A stretch of DNA of 63,685 nucleotides, counting the filler, from Candidatus Nanoarchaeia archaeon (GTDB taxonomy: Archaea; Nanobdellota; Nanobdellia; Woesearchaeales; DATDTY01): NCBI GenBank assembly GCA_035290625.1. It is 4 parts of 4 records of this genome, joined end to end, with 100 filler letters (N's around TTAATTAATTAA, not from the genome) between each part and the next. Parts side by side here need not be neighbours in the genome. Positions count along the whole stretch, not along the records: positions 16,425 to 43,268 come from DATDTY010000027.1; positions 43,369 to 56,950 come from DATDTY010000029.1; 2 more parts are not named here. One strand, given 5' to 3'. Below the pieces are notes generated by a model. It searched no databases, was not told the DNA's origin, and saw only the letters and a list, made by a program, of their open reading frames with translations. Positions 37,594 through 47,704 of the stretch are shown in pieces (positions within the stretch are counted from its first letter, which is position 1; every line of letters begins with the position of its first letter). The translations under genes and the position numbers were made by a program.

Positions 37594-37912
37594 AGCAATA
37601 GGCATACGCCTAAGCAAGGAGGTCCTAGAGAAGATCGAAAAGATAAGCAAGGAAGACATCTCTGATAGGAGCACTACAATAAGGAAGCTCATCCTGTTGG
37701 GATACCAAAACTTCATAATAGCAAAAGCCGCCGGCGAGTATATCCAAGGAAAAATCACGCTCTCAGAAGCAGCTGCCCAGGCAGAACTCACAGTATGGGA
37801 GATGGAGCAGCGCCTTATAGAAAGAGGCTACAAATCTTCCTACTCAATTGAAGACCTTGATCTGGACCTCAGGGCGCTGAAGCGAACCAGAAAACACTCT
37901 GGAACGCAATAG
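37586..37912 (+). CDS. UPF0175/CopG-like putative antitoxin
   Basis: RHH-like N-terminus (IGIRL...DRSTTIRKL) and YIQGKITLSEAA. Confidence 0.75.
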   Translation: MAEAIGIRLSKEVLEKIEKISKEDISDRSTTIRKLILLGYQNFIIAKAAGEYIQGKITLSEAAAQAELTVWEMEQRLIERGYKSSYSIEDLDLDLRALKRTRKHSGTQ

Positions 37913-37977
37913 AAAGCTTTTTATAACATATTCCCAAAGAAGATTTAATTAGCTTCAAGAATAAAAGAGGAGAAGGG

Positions 37978-40900
37978 ATGAAAAGTCTGCTCATGCTGAT
38001 TTTTGTTTTCACGCTTGTTATAAGCCCCGTGTCTGCTCAGGCTAGTGCAACCCAATGTAATGATGGGATTGACAATGATAATGATGGGAAGATAGATGTC
38101 CTAACTACAGGAAATCATGTTGCTGTTTCAAGGTGGGTAGCTGGTTCAAATTGTGGCACTGTTTGTGGGTCTGTTGCTGGTTTTCACAGTGCCCGCGATG
38201 CCCAAGGTAACTCTTGTACCTCCGGAGAATCGGTAATCAGTAATGCACGGAATAGCCTAGGCGCCGCCATATACCTATATGGCTGCTGGCCAGGAGGCTG
38301 TGCTTCCAGTGGACAGGCAAGAGATGCCCAGAGAACAACGAGTTATGGATCTTACTGTTATCGAGAAGGGCAGAGGTCCGATGACGATATTACTGATATC
38401 ACCGTAGCATGTCATTGCGTAAGCAACGATTTCTTTGTATGCAATGATGGAATTGATAACGACCAGGACGGTTCTACGGACACGCAAGATAGCGGATGTA
38501 ACGGCGAGGAAGATAACAGCGAACTCCAGCATGATGATGGTTGCTCATCCACTTCTGACAACGACGAAACAGGTCAGAACGATTGTGAAGGTAACCATTT
38601 TGCATGGCAGGGATCAATTTCGCAAAATCCATGCTGCGGCGACGATGAATCCGATTACAGCTTCTCCTTAGGAAACAAGCTCTGCATCAAAAACCCCCAA
38701 GGAGCATGGCAATGGATCACAGGCACAACAGGCCAAGTCGTAACTGGGGAACAAGACAGCATTGATAATGATCTTACCACCCAGCATGACTTTATGTATG
38801 ATGGAACACAGTGGAAACAGTGCATGAACGTACCCGATGCAGACGCTCAACAACCACCCGACCGAACAGAATCTGTCACTTGGACAGCCACTATTGGAGA
38901 AGGCAACAACCAATGGTTCGAGGCAGAGAAGTTGGATATAAGAGGCGATGGCGTAAGTAACCCTTTCACGTATATTGACGGGCCGAGAACCCATGCGTAT
39001 GGATACACTGAAGACCTCAGGACAATCCAATCCCCAATCTACAAAGATGATGTAACAGACTTAATATCCCAAACACAAATCCTGCATAGACTATTCTCAA
39101 CATCATCTGTTGTTTCAAACAGCCCATACTGCACAGACAATGCAATCTGTACAGGAAGAGGTCCTCTTGCCGCAGCCTGTCTCTCCCACCGTCCTCCAAT
39201 ACCCTCTGCCTACTGCATTAATGCAATCGACGCAATTTCATTCGTGTACTCGGCTGCGCCTAAAACAATCACCTTTACAGCAACAGCGCAATCACCAACT
39301 TCTCCACGGCATCCTGCATTTAATGTATATCTTGGAGCCGGCCCCTCTCAATGCGGTAAGTCCTGCGCAGACGCAGCTACATGCACCCAGCAATGCAGCA
39401 TAGACATTCCAAGGGGTTGGTCTCAAATGCGCTTCTCAGCAACCTCATATAAAGTAGGGCCAACGGCAAGGAACGTTCAGCTTTCTCTCTCAGCCCCAAT
39501 TTCCTCACTGGTTGACGCCCTGCACTTCAGCACGGAGTGTACCATAGCCGCCCTCACCAAAACCGGGAGCTTTAGCATCCCATTTGCTTCAGGAGAATAT
39601 ACTAAAGACGTGACTGATCAGTTCACCTTCAACGATTGCCTGAATTCTGTAGGTAAAAGCAGCCTCTCAATCACAGACATGAACGAGAACGTCATAATCT
39701 ACCCAGAAGATGACAAAATCATGGCTTGCCTTGATACAGATCATGATGGTAACTGTGACACAGCTCCCGGCAGCGCTGCCAGTAACACCCAGCCCGTTGA
39801 TATTAACCAGAGAGCAACAGCAAATACCCATGAGTATTTCTGTTCCCAAAGTGGCGCAGAACAAAATGCAAACTACGCATTCTCCGAGTGCTGCGGAGAC
39901 GAAACTGAAGACGAAACCGAATCATGTTTATCAGAGAGAGCAACAAATATCTACCATACAGCAGACCCGGAAACCTTCTCCGATACTCCTTATGTATGCT
40001 TAAATGATAAAACCTGGAATTCTAATATAGATTTTGACGCAAACCAGCAAAATTGTGAAAGAGGCGGCTACCAATGGGCTCCAGCAAGCGGATCAGCTCC
40101 TGGCTTCTGCTGCGGAGATGGAGATCCAGAAGATAACGGAAAAAGAAGCGCTGATAATAAGTATCTCTGCGTTCATGCCAACACAGGAAACGCATGGTTC
40201 CTCAACGACGCAACAACATCAAGACACCTCGGAACCATCCGCCGCCCAGCAGGAAAAGACTACCTTTCAGACGGCACATCCTGGAAAAAATGTGAAAACT
40301 CCAGATTTGACGGAGACGGAAACCCAACAGTCGTTCAGATTACTAATCCTTCCAGAAGCGACCAAGACATCTGCATCGGAAACGAGGTTTATGAGTGTGT
40401 AGGAAGTCAAACAGTAAATGGATTTATAAATTTAGCAAATAGAGCAAAACACACAGGAAACATAGTTCTAGACGGATTAAATCCATCCAATCAGATCAGA
40501 TATTACTGTGCCTCAGGAAACTTCTTTACAACAAACCTGGATACTCCTCCTCCTACAAGCGACCCAAGAACAACCGTACCGCCAAATTCCAACTTTGAGG
40601 CAACTTGCAGAGCTGCCCAATTAACTTGGACAGGCCGCTATTGCTGCTCAGAAGCAGAAGATTCCCAAGTAGCAGAAGACGCCAAGGAAACTTATAATGA
40701 TGAAGGCGGCACAGGAATATGCGCCTACAGCCAATTTAAACCGAATGGCCCACTAGCTGATACTCCTAGAATCCTCGTTGTTAACGGAGTTGCCCAAGGC
40801 TGCCAGGCAACCTCGCAAGAGTTAGCACTCCAAAATCACCCTGATCCCGCAAATGACGACTCCTTAGGCCCACTTATCACAGCAAACCCTCTTTGCACAA

Positions 40901-42246
40901 TAAAAACCATCACAAGCGGCGCAACTGAAAATAAATATTACTGCAGCCCAACAGGCTGGCAAGTAACAGAAACCAGCCTAAACCGGCGATACGCTCCAGG
41001 CGCCACCCCAACCGACACTCTCCAGCAAGACTGCTGTCCTGCGAATAAATGTTATAACCCTACGGGTGGCGCTAATGCTGCTCCTGCCTGTGTTGATCCA
41101 GGCGAAACAGCCATTCAGGGCGGATCCCAATATATCTGCGAAGCAGGAACTTGGCAGCAAACCTCAGCAAAACTCAACTGGGATAATGAAGCCGGCTACT
41201 GCCGCGAGCCAACTCAATGCCTTGTCAATCCAAACCCATCAGAGAGCGCAGCCGCAACATTAGCTGGTCTTGAAACTCTCGGCATTGACGACGCATCAAA
41301 TAACGACATCCACTGCATCGACTCCGGCCAATACATTGGCGACCACTATTGTGAATCTGGAAAGTGGACAACCCGCACAAAGCTCCTTGCCTTAACTCTC
41401 AGGGACAGCCCCGACATCAATGGAGAAGACAAATACACGATTTATTGTGATACCTATGATAAGGTTGCGAACAGCTATGGATACTCACTCCCAGAAGCAC
41501 TGCCACAATTTGATGTAAACCAGATCTTTGCTCCATCAGATCCAAAACAAAGGCTCGCCAATAATGTTTGTGTATTGGTTCTCGATGACGGCACAGCGGC
41601 ATTTGGAACATCTTTGAATCAGCCATTTAATGAACCTCAACAAAGAGGCAACGCCCAAGTCAATATCTGGGACCTTGTTGATGCTGAGCAGAACGATTGT
41701 AATGTTAGAATCCCTGGAGACAATTCCATGCAATTCTGCATAGGAAACCAGCTTTGGTATAACCCCTATCTCCAGCTGATGGTCTATTCAAAAGAAGGGA
41801 TAACCCTCAATACCCCCAATTTCGCGCAGCAAACAACAGCATTCCTCTCTAATCCAATAAGAGCCATAATGAATTTAATCAACAGATTCAGAGATACTAA
41901 TCCAACACTCGCAGTCAACGAATTCCTCAGCCAAACAAAAAACTTTGACACCTTGTACCTTGCAAAAAACGGAGAAAGAGAAGTCAAGGCATTCATCGAG
42001 GAAGGGCTTGGAGACAATCACGACAAAGACCATTTCTCAGCGCTCTTCAGCTGCTTTAACGAAGACATCTGCACGAGCATAGAATCAGAGTACCCCCCAA
42101 GCACTAATAATGATGTCCGCTGCTCGGTCCAAGGCACAGACTCAGCTGTGCAATTCCAAAGAACTAGGCAAACCTCAGCAGAAGTCTGGACCAGCCTCAT
42201 CTCTTCATTGCGGCTGAATGCAGACACCAAAAACGCCTGCGATTAA
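37978..42246 (+). CDS. Large secreted cysteine-rich surface protein
   Basis: Signal peptide; repeated CNDGIDNDxDG and CCGD motifs; 1422 aa. Confidence 0.75.
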   Translation: MKSLLMLIFVFTLVISPVSAQASATQCNDGIDNDNDGKIDVLTTGNHVAVSRWVAGSNCGTVCGSVAGFHSARDAQGNSCTSGESVISNARNSLGAAIYLYGCWPGGCASSGQARDAQRTTSYGSYCYREGQRSDDDITDITVACHCVSNDFFVCNDGIDNDQDGSTDTQDSGCNGEEDNSELQHDDGCSSTSDNDETGQNDCEGNHFAWQGSISQNPCCGDDESDYSFSLGNKLCIKNPQGAWQWITGTTGQVVTGEQDSIDNDLTTQHDFMYDGTQWKQCMNVPDADAQQPPDRTESVTWTATIGEGNNQWFEAEKLDIRGDGVSNPFTYIDGPRTHAYGYTEDLRTIQSPIYKDDVTDLISQTQILHRLFSTSSVVSNSPYCTDNAICTGRGPLAAACLSHRPPIPSAYCINAIDAISFVYSAAPKTITFTATAQSPTSPRHPAFNVYLGAGPSQCGKSCADAATCTQQCSIDIPRGWSQMRFSATSYKVGPTARNVQLSLSAPISSLVDALHFSTECTIAALTKTGSFSIPFASGEYTKDVTDQFTFNDCLNSVGKSSLSITDMNENVIIYPEDDKIMACLDTDHDGNCDTAPGSAASNTQPVDINQRATANTHEYFCSQSGAEQNANYAFSECCGDETEDETESCLSERATNIYHTADPETFSDTPYVCLNDKTWNSNIDFDANQQNCERGGYQWAPASGSAPGFCCGDGDPEDNGKRSADNKYLCVHANTGNAWFLNDATTSRHLGTIRRPAGKDYLSDGTSWKKCENSRFDGDGNPTVVQITNPSRSDQDICIGNEVYECVGSQTVNGFINLANRAKHTGNIVLDGLNPSNQIRYYCASGNFFTTNLDTPPPTSDPRTTVPPNSNFEATCRAAQLTWTGRYCCSEAEDSQVAEDAKETYNDEGGTGICAYSQFKPNGPLADTPRILVVNGVAQGCQATSQELALQNHPDPANDDSLGPLITANPLCTIKTITSGATENKYYCSPTGWQVTETSLNRRYAPGATPTDTLQQDCCPANKCYNPTGGANAAPACVDPGETAIQGGSQYICEAGTWQQTSAKLNWDNEAGYCREPTQCLVNPNPSESAAATLAGLETLGIDDASNNDIHCIDSGQYIGDHYCESGKWTTRTKLLALTLRDSPDINGEDKYTIYCDTYDKVANSYGYSLPEALPQFDVNQIFAPSDPKQRLANNVCVLVLDDGTAAFGTSLNQPFNEPQQRGNAQVNIWDLVDAEQNDCNVRIPGDNSMQFCIGNQLWYNPYLQLMVYSKEGITLNTPNFAQQTTAFLSNPIRAIMNLINRFRDTNPTLAVNEFLSQTKNFDTLYLAKNGEREVKAFIEEGLGDNHDKDHFSALFSCFNEDICTSIESEYPPSTNNDVRCSVQGTDSAVQFQRTRQTSAEVWTSLISSLRLNADTKNACD

Positions 42247-42412
42247 CCCATGTTCTCCAATAAACCCAGCCGGATTGTGCTGAGGGCCAACTAACAAAAA
42301 CGCAACACCTGTTACAAAAGCAGCATAAGGGCTGAGGAAGCGATACCAGAATCCAAACCTTTAAATATCTAAACATATCAAACATAATGAACGTAACCAA
42401 CAGGAGGAAACC

Positions 42413-42631
42413 ATGGTAAGCATAACATTATCGGTTCCAGAAGAAATAAAGAAAGAGATGGATCATTTTCCAGAAATGAATTGGAGCGCTGTAGCCAGAG
42501 AGGCAATTAAAAAAAGAATAGTGCTCCTGCAGAAATTTAAAGAATTCACTAAAGACAGCGAACTAACCGAAGACGACGCAATACGGTTAGGAAGAGAGGT
42601 AAATAAAGCCGTTGCAAAGAGATACAGATAA
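42413..42631 (+). CDS. Ribbon-helix-helix antitoxin (VapB-like)
   Basis: MVSITLSVPEE...NWSAVAREAI; directly upstream of a PIN gene. Confidence 0.8.
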   Translation: MVSITLSVPEEIKKEMDHFPEMNWSAVAREAIKKRIVLLQKFKEFTKDSELTEDDAIRLGREVNKAVAKRYR

Positions 42632-42632
42632 C

Positions 42633-43049
42633 ATGAAGCTTATCGTAGATGCAAATATCCTGTTCTCCTCGCTCATCAAAAAGGGATTTACAGCTGATTT
42701 ACTCTTTGATCCACGTCTTCATCTCTTCACTCCTGAATTCATCCTTGATGAGCTGGCAAAACACGAAAAATTTATTTTACAAAAATCCCAGAGACCAAAG
42801 CAGGGGTATATCCAAACATTGCATACATTACAGGAAGTTATCTCCGTAATGCCCCAAAGCGAATTCTCAGCATTCTTAGATGAAGGAAGAAGAATATCTC
42901 CGGACGCTGACGATTTCATGTATTTTGCCCTTGCATTAAACTTAAAATGCCCAATATGGTCAAATGACAAAAGATTAAAAGGCCAGAAAAAAGTAAAAAT
43001 CTACTCTACAGACGAACTGAGGGAGACACTCCGCTTAAACCACTCTTAA
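42633..43049 (+). CDS. PIN-domain toxin (VapC-like)
   Basis: LIVDANILFS, PDADDFMYFALA, IWSNDK. Confidence 0.85.
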   Translation: MKLIVDANILFSSLIKKGFTADLLFDPRLHLFTPEFILDELAKHEKFILQKSQRPKQGYIQTLHTLQEVISVMPQSEFSAFLDEGRRISPDADDFMYFALALNLKCPIWSNDKRLKGQKKVKIYSTDELRETLRLNHS

Positions 43050-43128
43050 TATGCGCCCTGCCAAAAAATCCCAAATCACCCTCTCCATCATTCTCGACGC
43101 AACCTCATGACCAAGAACGGCCTTAAGC

Positions 43129-43268
43129 GGTCGCATTGAAAAGTTGCTCACTTCGTTCGGCAATGCCGACTTCGCCTTGTGCATACTCTCATGGGAAGCG
43201 ACATTTCCCGTATGGAGCAACCCCTTTGTCGCTGTTCTGTACTTTGAATAGAAGGCTCACAAAGGGCA
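43129..43268 (-). mobile_element. Fold-back MITE-like element, copy E7 (truncated by gap)
   Basis: End GGTCGCATTGAAAAGT resembles E5; CTCACTTCGTTCGGCAATGCC shared with E5; AGCGACA/TGTCGCT core. Confidence 0.8.
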
Positions 43269-43368
43269 NNNNNNNNNNNNNNNNNNNNNNNNNNNNNNNN
43301 NNNNNNNNNNNNTTAATTAATTAANNNNNNNNNNNNNNNNNNNNNNNNNNNNNNNNNNNNNNNNNNNN
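43269..43368. other. Artificial contig linker
   Basis: N-run + TTAATTAATTAA. Confidence 0.95.
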
Positions 43369-43441
43369 ATTTTCGACATCCTTTCGAACCGAGGTCCTCA
43401 GGTCCAAAGCCTGAGATGCTTGGCCGCTACACCACGGGGCT
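43369..43441 (-). tRNA. tRNA-Gln(TTG), 5' part; interrupted in the T-loop and cut by the gap
   Basis: Minus strand AGCCCCG-TG-GTGTAGCGGCCAAGCAT-C-TCAGG-CT-TTG-GA-CCTGA-GGAC-CTCGG-TTCGAA then non-tRNA AGGATGTCGAAAAT. Confidence 0.85.
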
Positions 43442-43489
43442 AATGGACGACAAAAAAGAGCCGAGCATTATAAAGATTTCTGATGGGTG

Positions 43490-43649
43490 GTCTCTGGTGA
43501 AAATCCCGCTTCGCGGCTGCCGCCAGGTTCGCCTCGTGCTGTTTTGAGTGTTAAGCGACATTCCCCGTAGGGGGCAACTCCCTTGTAGCTACGATGCCTT
43601 TACCTTCTCGGGCTCACGAAAGGCGGCAGCAATGATTTTCACCAGAGCC
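43490..43649 (-). mobile_element. Fold-back MITE-like element, copy E8
   Basis: TIR CTCTGGTGAAAATC / GATTTTCACCAGAG; core closely similar to E10. Confidence 0.85.
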
Positions 43650-43659
43650 TTGCACGCCA

Positions 43660-46527
43660 TTACGGAGCAGCCGGCTCCCACACTACCTTCCACGTGATGA
43701 TCCGCTCTCCACGCAGCGTGGTGGTGTCATGGAACTTCTCAAATGAATGCAATCCAACTCCATCAAAGAAGAAAAGCCTCGTGAACATACTGCCAACCAA
43801 CTCAGGTGACATAAACGCAGCCTGGACATTATCCCCCTCTTTCTTTGTTGCAATCCCAAATCCAAGGGGATCCTGTGTATTGCGGACAAGCTCATAGGAT
43901 TCTCCCTCCAAAAAACTCACTGCAGCAGGATATGCCCGAAGCCCATCAGCTCGCTCAATAAAAGCCTGTTTTGCGGCGTAATCAACAACTACTGGAAATT
44001 GATTCCCTCCTTGCGAGTATGCACAGACCGATACATTCCCCCTGTTCTCGCATCGATTCAATCCCGTCAGATAGCTTGGCCACGGAGCAATCCAGGCATT
44101 AATGTTATCCTCGTTACGCAGGGATCGGTATTCTTGGATCCATTGCTTCGTCTGCTCTGAAGGAACATCATAATCACTCTGGAACTTCTCAATAAGTTGA
44201 GCATCAGTCTGCTTGCCCACTGCGGCATTCAGGTAGGACTTCTTAAAATCCCAGCTTCCGAAATGCGCCCAGACTCCCCCCTTTCCGATCATATCTTCGG
44301 AGGTGATGAGGAAATCTTCAGGCGGATCGCAGTGGCTGAATGCCAAAACCTTCTCAGCTTCGGATTCTGTGAGCCCGTGCTCGATAAGAAGCGCTTTCGC
44401 CCTTGGCTGATCCTCCGCAATGATCTCATTCAGTAGGTCATAAGCAAAGGGAGTATCGTTCTGAAACCCGAGCAATGTTGCAAAAGCGTCATTTGCTCCG
44501 CAGTCAAGCATCCGCAATATTCCGCGGGAGAGGTTCTCATCAGATGTCAGGAGAAGCTTTCCAAGCCAGTGAAGCTGGGGGCTGTTCTGCGAACTTCCAT
44601 CGAGGGTCACCCCCCGATCAGCGAAATACTTGAACCAATGGCCAAAATCCCACCAGCTGTTGATGATTGCATTTGGCTTTGACTCATTCCGTATCTTTTC
44701 CAGAGTCTCGACCCAGGCATCGGTTACATTCGGCAGATAACTCTGGCTCGTGGCAAAACCGTATTTTACAGGAGGGAGCATGAACATAATCAGAACAAGC
44801 AGCAGGCAAGCGCGAACAGCCCGCTTCGGCGCATGCAGCAGAGTTCCGAGTGTTGAAAAAAGCATCGTTCCTGCTCTAACCAGGAAAAGAGAGGCAAAGA
44901 TGCTCACCGGAATAACCATCAGGAACAAAAACCGCACGCCAGTTGTTGCAAAGTAGGAAACCAGAACAATGATGATCGTCAATAGAAAGACCACATCAGG
45001 ATAGAAATCTGCCTCTTCGCGAATGCGCAGGTGCAGGTAGAGTGCCAGAAGGACAGGCACCATCAGCAGGAAGAAAGAGAGCCCGGATGAGCTTCCCTTG
45101 ATCATGAAGTAAATGAGGACGCTTAAGAACAGCAAAAGCAAAAAAGACTGAAAATGCGCTCGGATAAATCGTGTAGATGGAAAGATGAGAAATATGATGC
45201 CCAAAACTGCCATCAGGTACAAAGGCATGCCAGCCAGCAGTGCATTCTCAAAAGATGAAGGGAGAACCACACCGACAGCCCCCACTATCCAAGATGAGAG
45301 GCCCAGCATATTCTGGGAGTTTGCCACAGTCTCCCTGACACTCAAGCTGTTAAACTCCGCAACAGTCGGCAGCACATTCGGCCAGAGGTTTGGATTTGCT
45401 GCCACCTTAAAGCTCAGCACCTTGATCTGGTCTCCAACAACGCGAACAAGCGCCGACGGAGAATTAAAGAGTATACCGAAAAAGATGATAACCGCCAGGA
45501 GAAATGCGCCTGCAGTGAAGCCAAACTCCTGCAAGGTGCCTTTTTTGAGATGAATCCCGCCTTCTGAAAGCCAGTCATGAAGGACAGCGTATCCTCCCTT
45601 CAGGAAAAGTGCCAGCAGGAACAGGTCAGCAAGATACCACCAGCCAATCCAGAAGAGGGAATAGAGGGAAAGGCAAAGGCCGGCAGAGAATGCCCAGAGG
45701 GATCTTGCTCTCGCTGTCTTTGCGTAGAAGCATCCAATCGCCAGCCACAGGAAGAAAGCTTGGAAGAATATGTTGACGATGTCGCTGTCAGACCCTAAAG
45801 TCCTGCTCAGCACAAAAGGATTAACATTAACCAACACAGTCCCGATGACCGCTGCAGTGTTCCCCCCAATCCTCCGCAGGAGCAGGAAGAGAGGTATTGT
45901 AAGGATAAGTGAAAGCACTAAAGGTGTGAGGAATGAGGCCTGCATGAGACTCAGGTCTGGATTAACCAGCCGCAGGGTGGAGTAGACACCAACAATCACG
46001 ACAGGATAATAATCATAGACCTTCCCTTTAGGCTTTGGCGCAGTCGTATAGGAATCCATGCAAAAGCCGTTTTCTTTGTCGATAAAATCGCATTGGCTTC
46101 CTTTCTCGACAATGTTCCTTGCCATGCGCAGCCAGTAGTAGGAATCAATATCACCGATATAGGCATAACTCTTTTTCCCGGATTGGTACTGGAGCTGTGA
46201 TTTCAGGCTGTTTGCGGCCTCCCGAATCTGATTCTGCACCTGCTCGCGATTGTCCTGCAAGAATCGTTTAAGGCTTTCTTCAGCCTGCGCCTTCCGCGTC
46301 TCCTCAGGAAGGTTGGGATACTGGGCTGCAATTGCCTGGGTTACCTGAGACCGGTAGAAATTGATAACATTCGCCTCAGCAGCGCTCTCAAGAGGAACCA
46401 GCCTTGCCGGCTCAAGCCTGACCACAAGAGTGATAATCAGCGGAATCAGCAGAAGAAGCACCCACTGCTTGCTTAAGAGAAAGGATTTCCAGTCAAACCT
46501 CTTCGCGCCCCCACTCCCCTCTTCCAT
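43660..46527 (-). CDS. aglB: Oligosaccharyltransferase AglB (STT3)
   Basis: DIDSYYWLR, TVAE, SWWDFGHW, many TM helices. Confidence 0.93.
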   Translation of the reverse strand: MEEGSGGAKRFDWKSFLLSKQWVLLLLIPLIITLVVRLEPARLVPLESAAEANVINFYRSQVTQAIAAQYPNLPEETRKAQAEESLKRFLQDNREQVQNQIREAANSLKSQLQYQSGKKSYAYIGDIDSYYWLRMARNIVEKGSQCDFIDKENGFCMDSYTTAPKPKGKVYDYYPVVIVGVYSTLRLVNPDLSLMQASFLTPLVLSLILTIPLFLLLRRIGGNTAAVIGTVLVNVNPFVLSRTLGSDSDIVNIFFQAFFLWLAIGCFYAKTARARSLWAFSAGLCLSLYSLFWIGWWYLADLFLLALFLKGGYAVLHDWLSEGGIHLKKGTLQEFGFTAGAFLLAVIIFFGILFNSPSALVRVVGDQIKVLSFKVAANPNLWPNVLPTVAEFNSLSVRETVANSQNMLGLSSWIVGAVGVVLPSSFENALLAGMPLYLMAVLGIIFLIFPSTRFIRAHFQSFLLLLFLSVLIYFMIKGSSSGLSFFLLMVPVLLALYLHLRIREEADFYPDVVFLLTIIIVLVSYFATTGVRFLFLMVIPVSIFASLFLVRAGTMLFSTLGTLLHAPKRAVRACLLLVLIMFMLPPVKYGFATSQSYLPNVTDAWVETLEKIRNESKPNAIINSWWDFGHWFKYFADRGVTLDGSSQNSPQLHWLGKLLLTSDENLSRGILRMLDCGANDAFATLLGFQNDTPFAYDLLNEIIAEDQPRAKALLIEHGLTESEAEKVLAFSHCDPPEDFLITSEDMIGKGGVWAHFGSWDFKKSYLNAAVGKQTDAQLIEKFQSDYDVPSEQTKQWIQEYRSLRNEDNINAWIAPWPSYLTGLNRCENRGNVSVCAYSQGGNQFPVVVDYAAKQAFIERADGLRAYPAAVSFLEGESYELVRNTQDPLGFGIATKKEGDNVQAAFMSPELVGSMFTRLFFFDGVGLHSFEKFHDTTTLRGERIITWKVVWEPAAP

Positions 46528-46573
46528 ACGAGGAGTAAACTGCCCCGGTTTATAAGATTTATTAATGGTGGAC

Positions 46574-46612
46574 GGCTCTCCTAAACGAAGGTTGCCGCCT
46601 GTTTTGTGAAGC
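46574..46612 (+). repeat. Left-end fragment of the fold-back element family
   Basis: GGCTCT...GAAGGTTGCCGCCTGTTTTGTGAAGC. Confidence 0.5.
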
Positions 46613-46634
46613 TTGGGAGCAAGACATCAACAGT

Positions 46635-47360
46635 CTACTGCCACAATTTCAGCGCTTCTTCCTCTTTGAAATGCAGATTTCCGGGTACAATCAGGCTCTG
46701 CGGAGCATCACCGAAGTCCTGATTCAGCAAAGACGCAGCAGTGCCTGCCTTGATGAATTGATCCGGCCAACCCAGCCGTGCCACGCCTACACAAACCGTG
46801 CTTTCAAAAAAAAGCTTCCTGAAAGATAAAAGATAAGCGATGGCCTGCGGAATAGAAACAAAACGCTCCCCGTCGCACTCAAGCAGGAATAAGGTGTGAC
46901 CGCCTATGGAAAGATTTTCCGCAAGGATGGTGTAGGGGCTCTCGAGATGTTGGTGCTCCAAAGGTATTGAGGCAACCTTCCCAAACTTGTACAATTGCAG
47001 GCCTGTTACGCCCACAGCTGTGAGAATTGATGCATTCGGCACAACAACAACGGGTATCCCGATTTGTTTCGCGTCAAGGAGAAGAGAGCTGTGTGTTGTT
47101 GCTGCAAACGGGTCTCCAGGAAAGAGTATGGCAACATTTTTTGATCGTGCCTCGTCCAAGATGTTTTCCTGTTCAATCACTGCACGGTCTGCAACAATGA
47201 TCTTTTTCTTGATCAGGGATTCGTAGGAGGCAGGTGGAGCAGCTAGCTTCGAGGTATAGCTCTCAAAATAGACCAGATCACACTGATTCAGGATCTCGAT
47301 AGCTTTTAGGGTTAGATCCTTCTCGCTGCACAGGCCTGCGCCTATGAGATAGAGCGTCAT
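46635..47360 (-). CDS. dph5: Diphthine synthase
   Basis: LYLIGAGL, ESYTS, GDPFAATTH, TGLQLYKFGK, LHFKEEEAL. Confidence 0.93.
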   Translation of the reverse strand: MTLYLIGAGLCSEKDLTLKAIEILNQCDLVYFESYTSKLAAPPASYESLIKKKIIVADRAVIEQENILDEARSKNVAILFPGDPFAATTHSSLLLDAKQIGIPVVVVPNASILTAVGVTGLQLYKFGKVASIPLEHQHLESPYTILAENLSIGGHTLFLLECDGERFVSIPQAIAYLLSFRKLFFESTVCVGVARLGWPDQFIKAGTAASLLNQDFGDAPQSLIVPGNLHFKEEEALKLWQ

Positions 47361-47491
47361 CCCGAAGAGGAATAGTTGCGCATATTTAAAGCCGCCGAAG
47401 AAAATGGAGGGGTCTCAATCAGGTTTAGCATCGAGAAAAATGGATGGTTTAGAAAAGTTTATATAGTAGTCTAATTTAGAAAAAAGGTAAG

Positions 47492-47572
47492 TTTCAAGTT
47501 TTTTGGCGAAAACTTGAAAATAAGTTTCGAAGTTTCGTTTTGGCGAACGAAACATTGGCGAATGTTTGCGAA
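47492..47572 (+). promoter_or_regulatory. Tandem TTGGCG-loop hairpins in the ftsZ upstream region
   Basis: TTTCAAGTTTT-TTGGCG-AAAACTTGAAA; GTTTCGTT-TTGGCG-AACGAAAC; AAACATT-GGCG-AATGTTT; TATA-like TTTATATA at 47458. Confidence 0.55.
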
Positions 47573-47704
47573 TTCTTAAGTAGGAAGATGAATAAGCTTC
47601 CTTAAATACTTTTCGCTAGTTGGAACTATATACTTCAGTATATAGATTAGCGGAAAGAAGGCAAAACCAAGGGAAATGAAAAAGCCAAAAAGGGGGGAGA
47701 GAGA

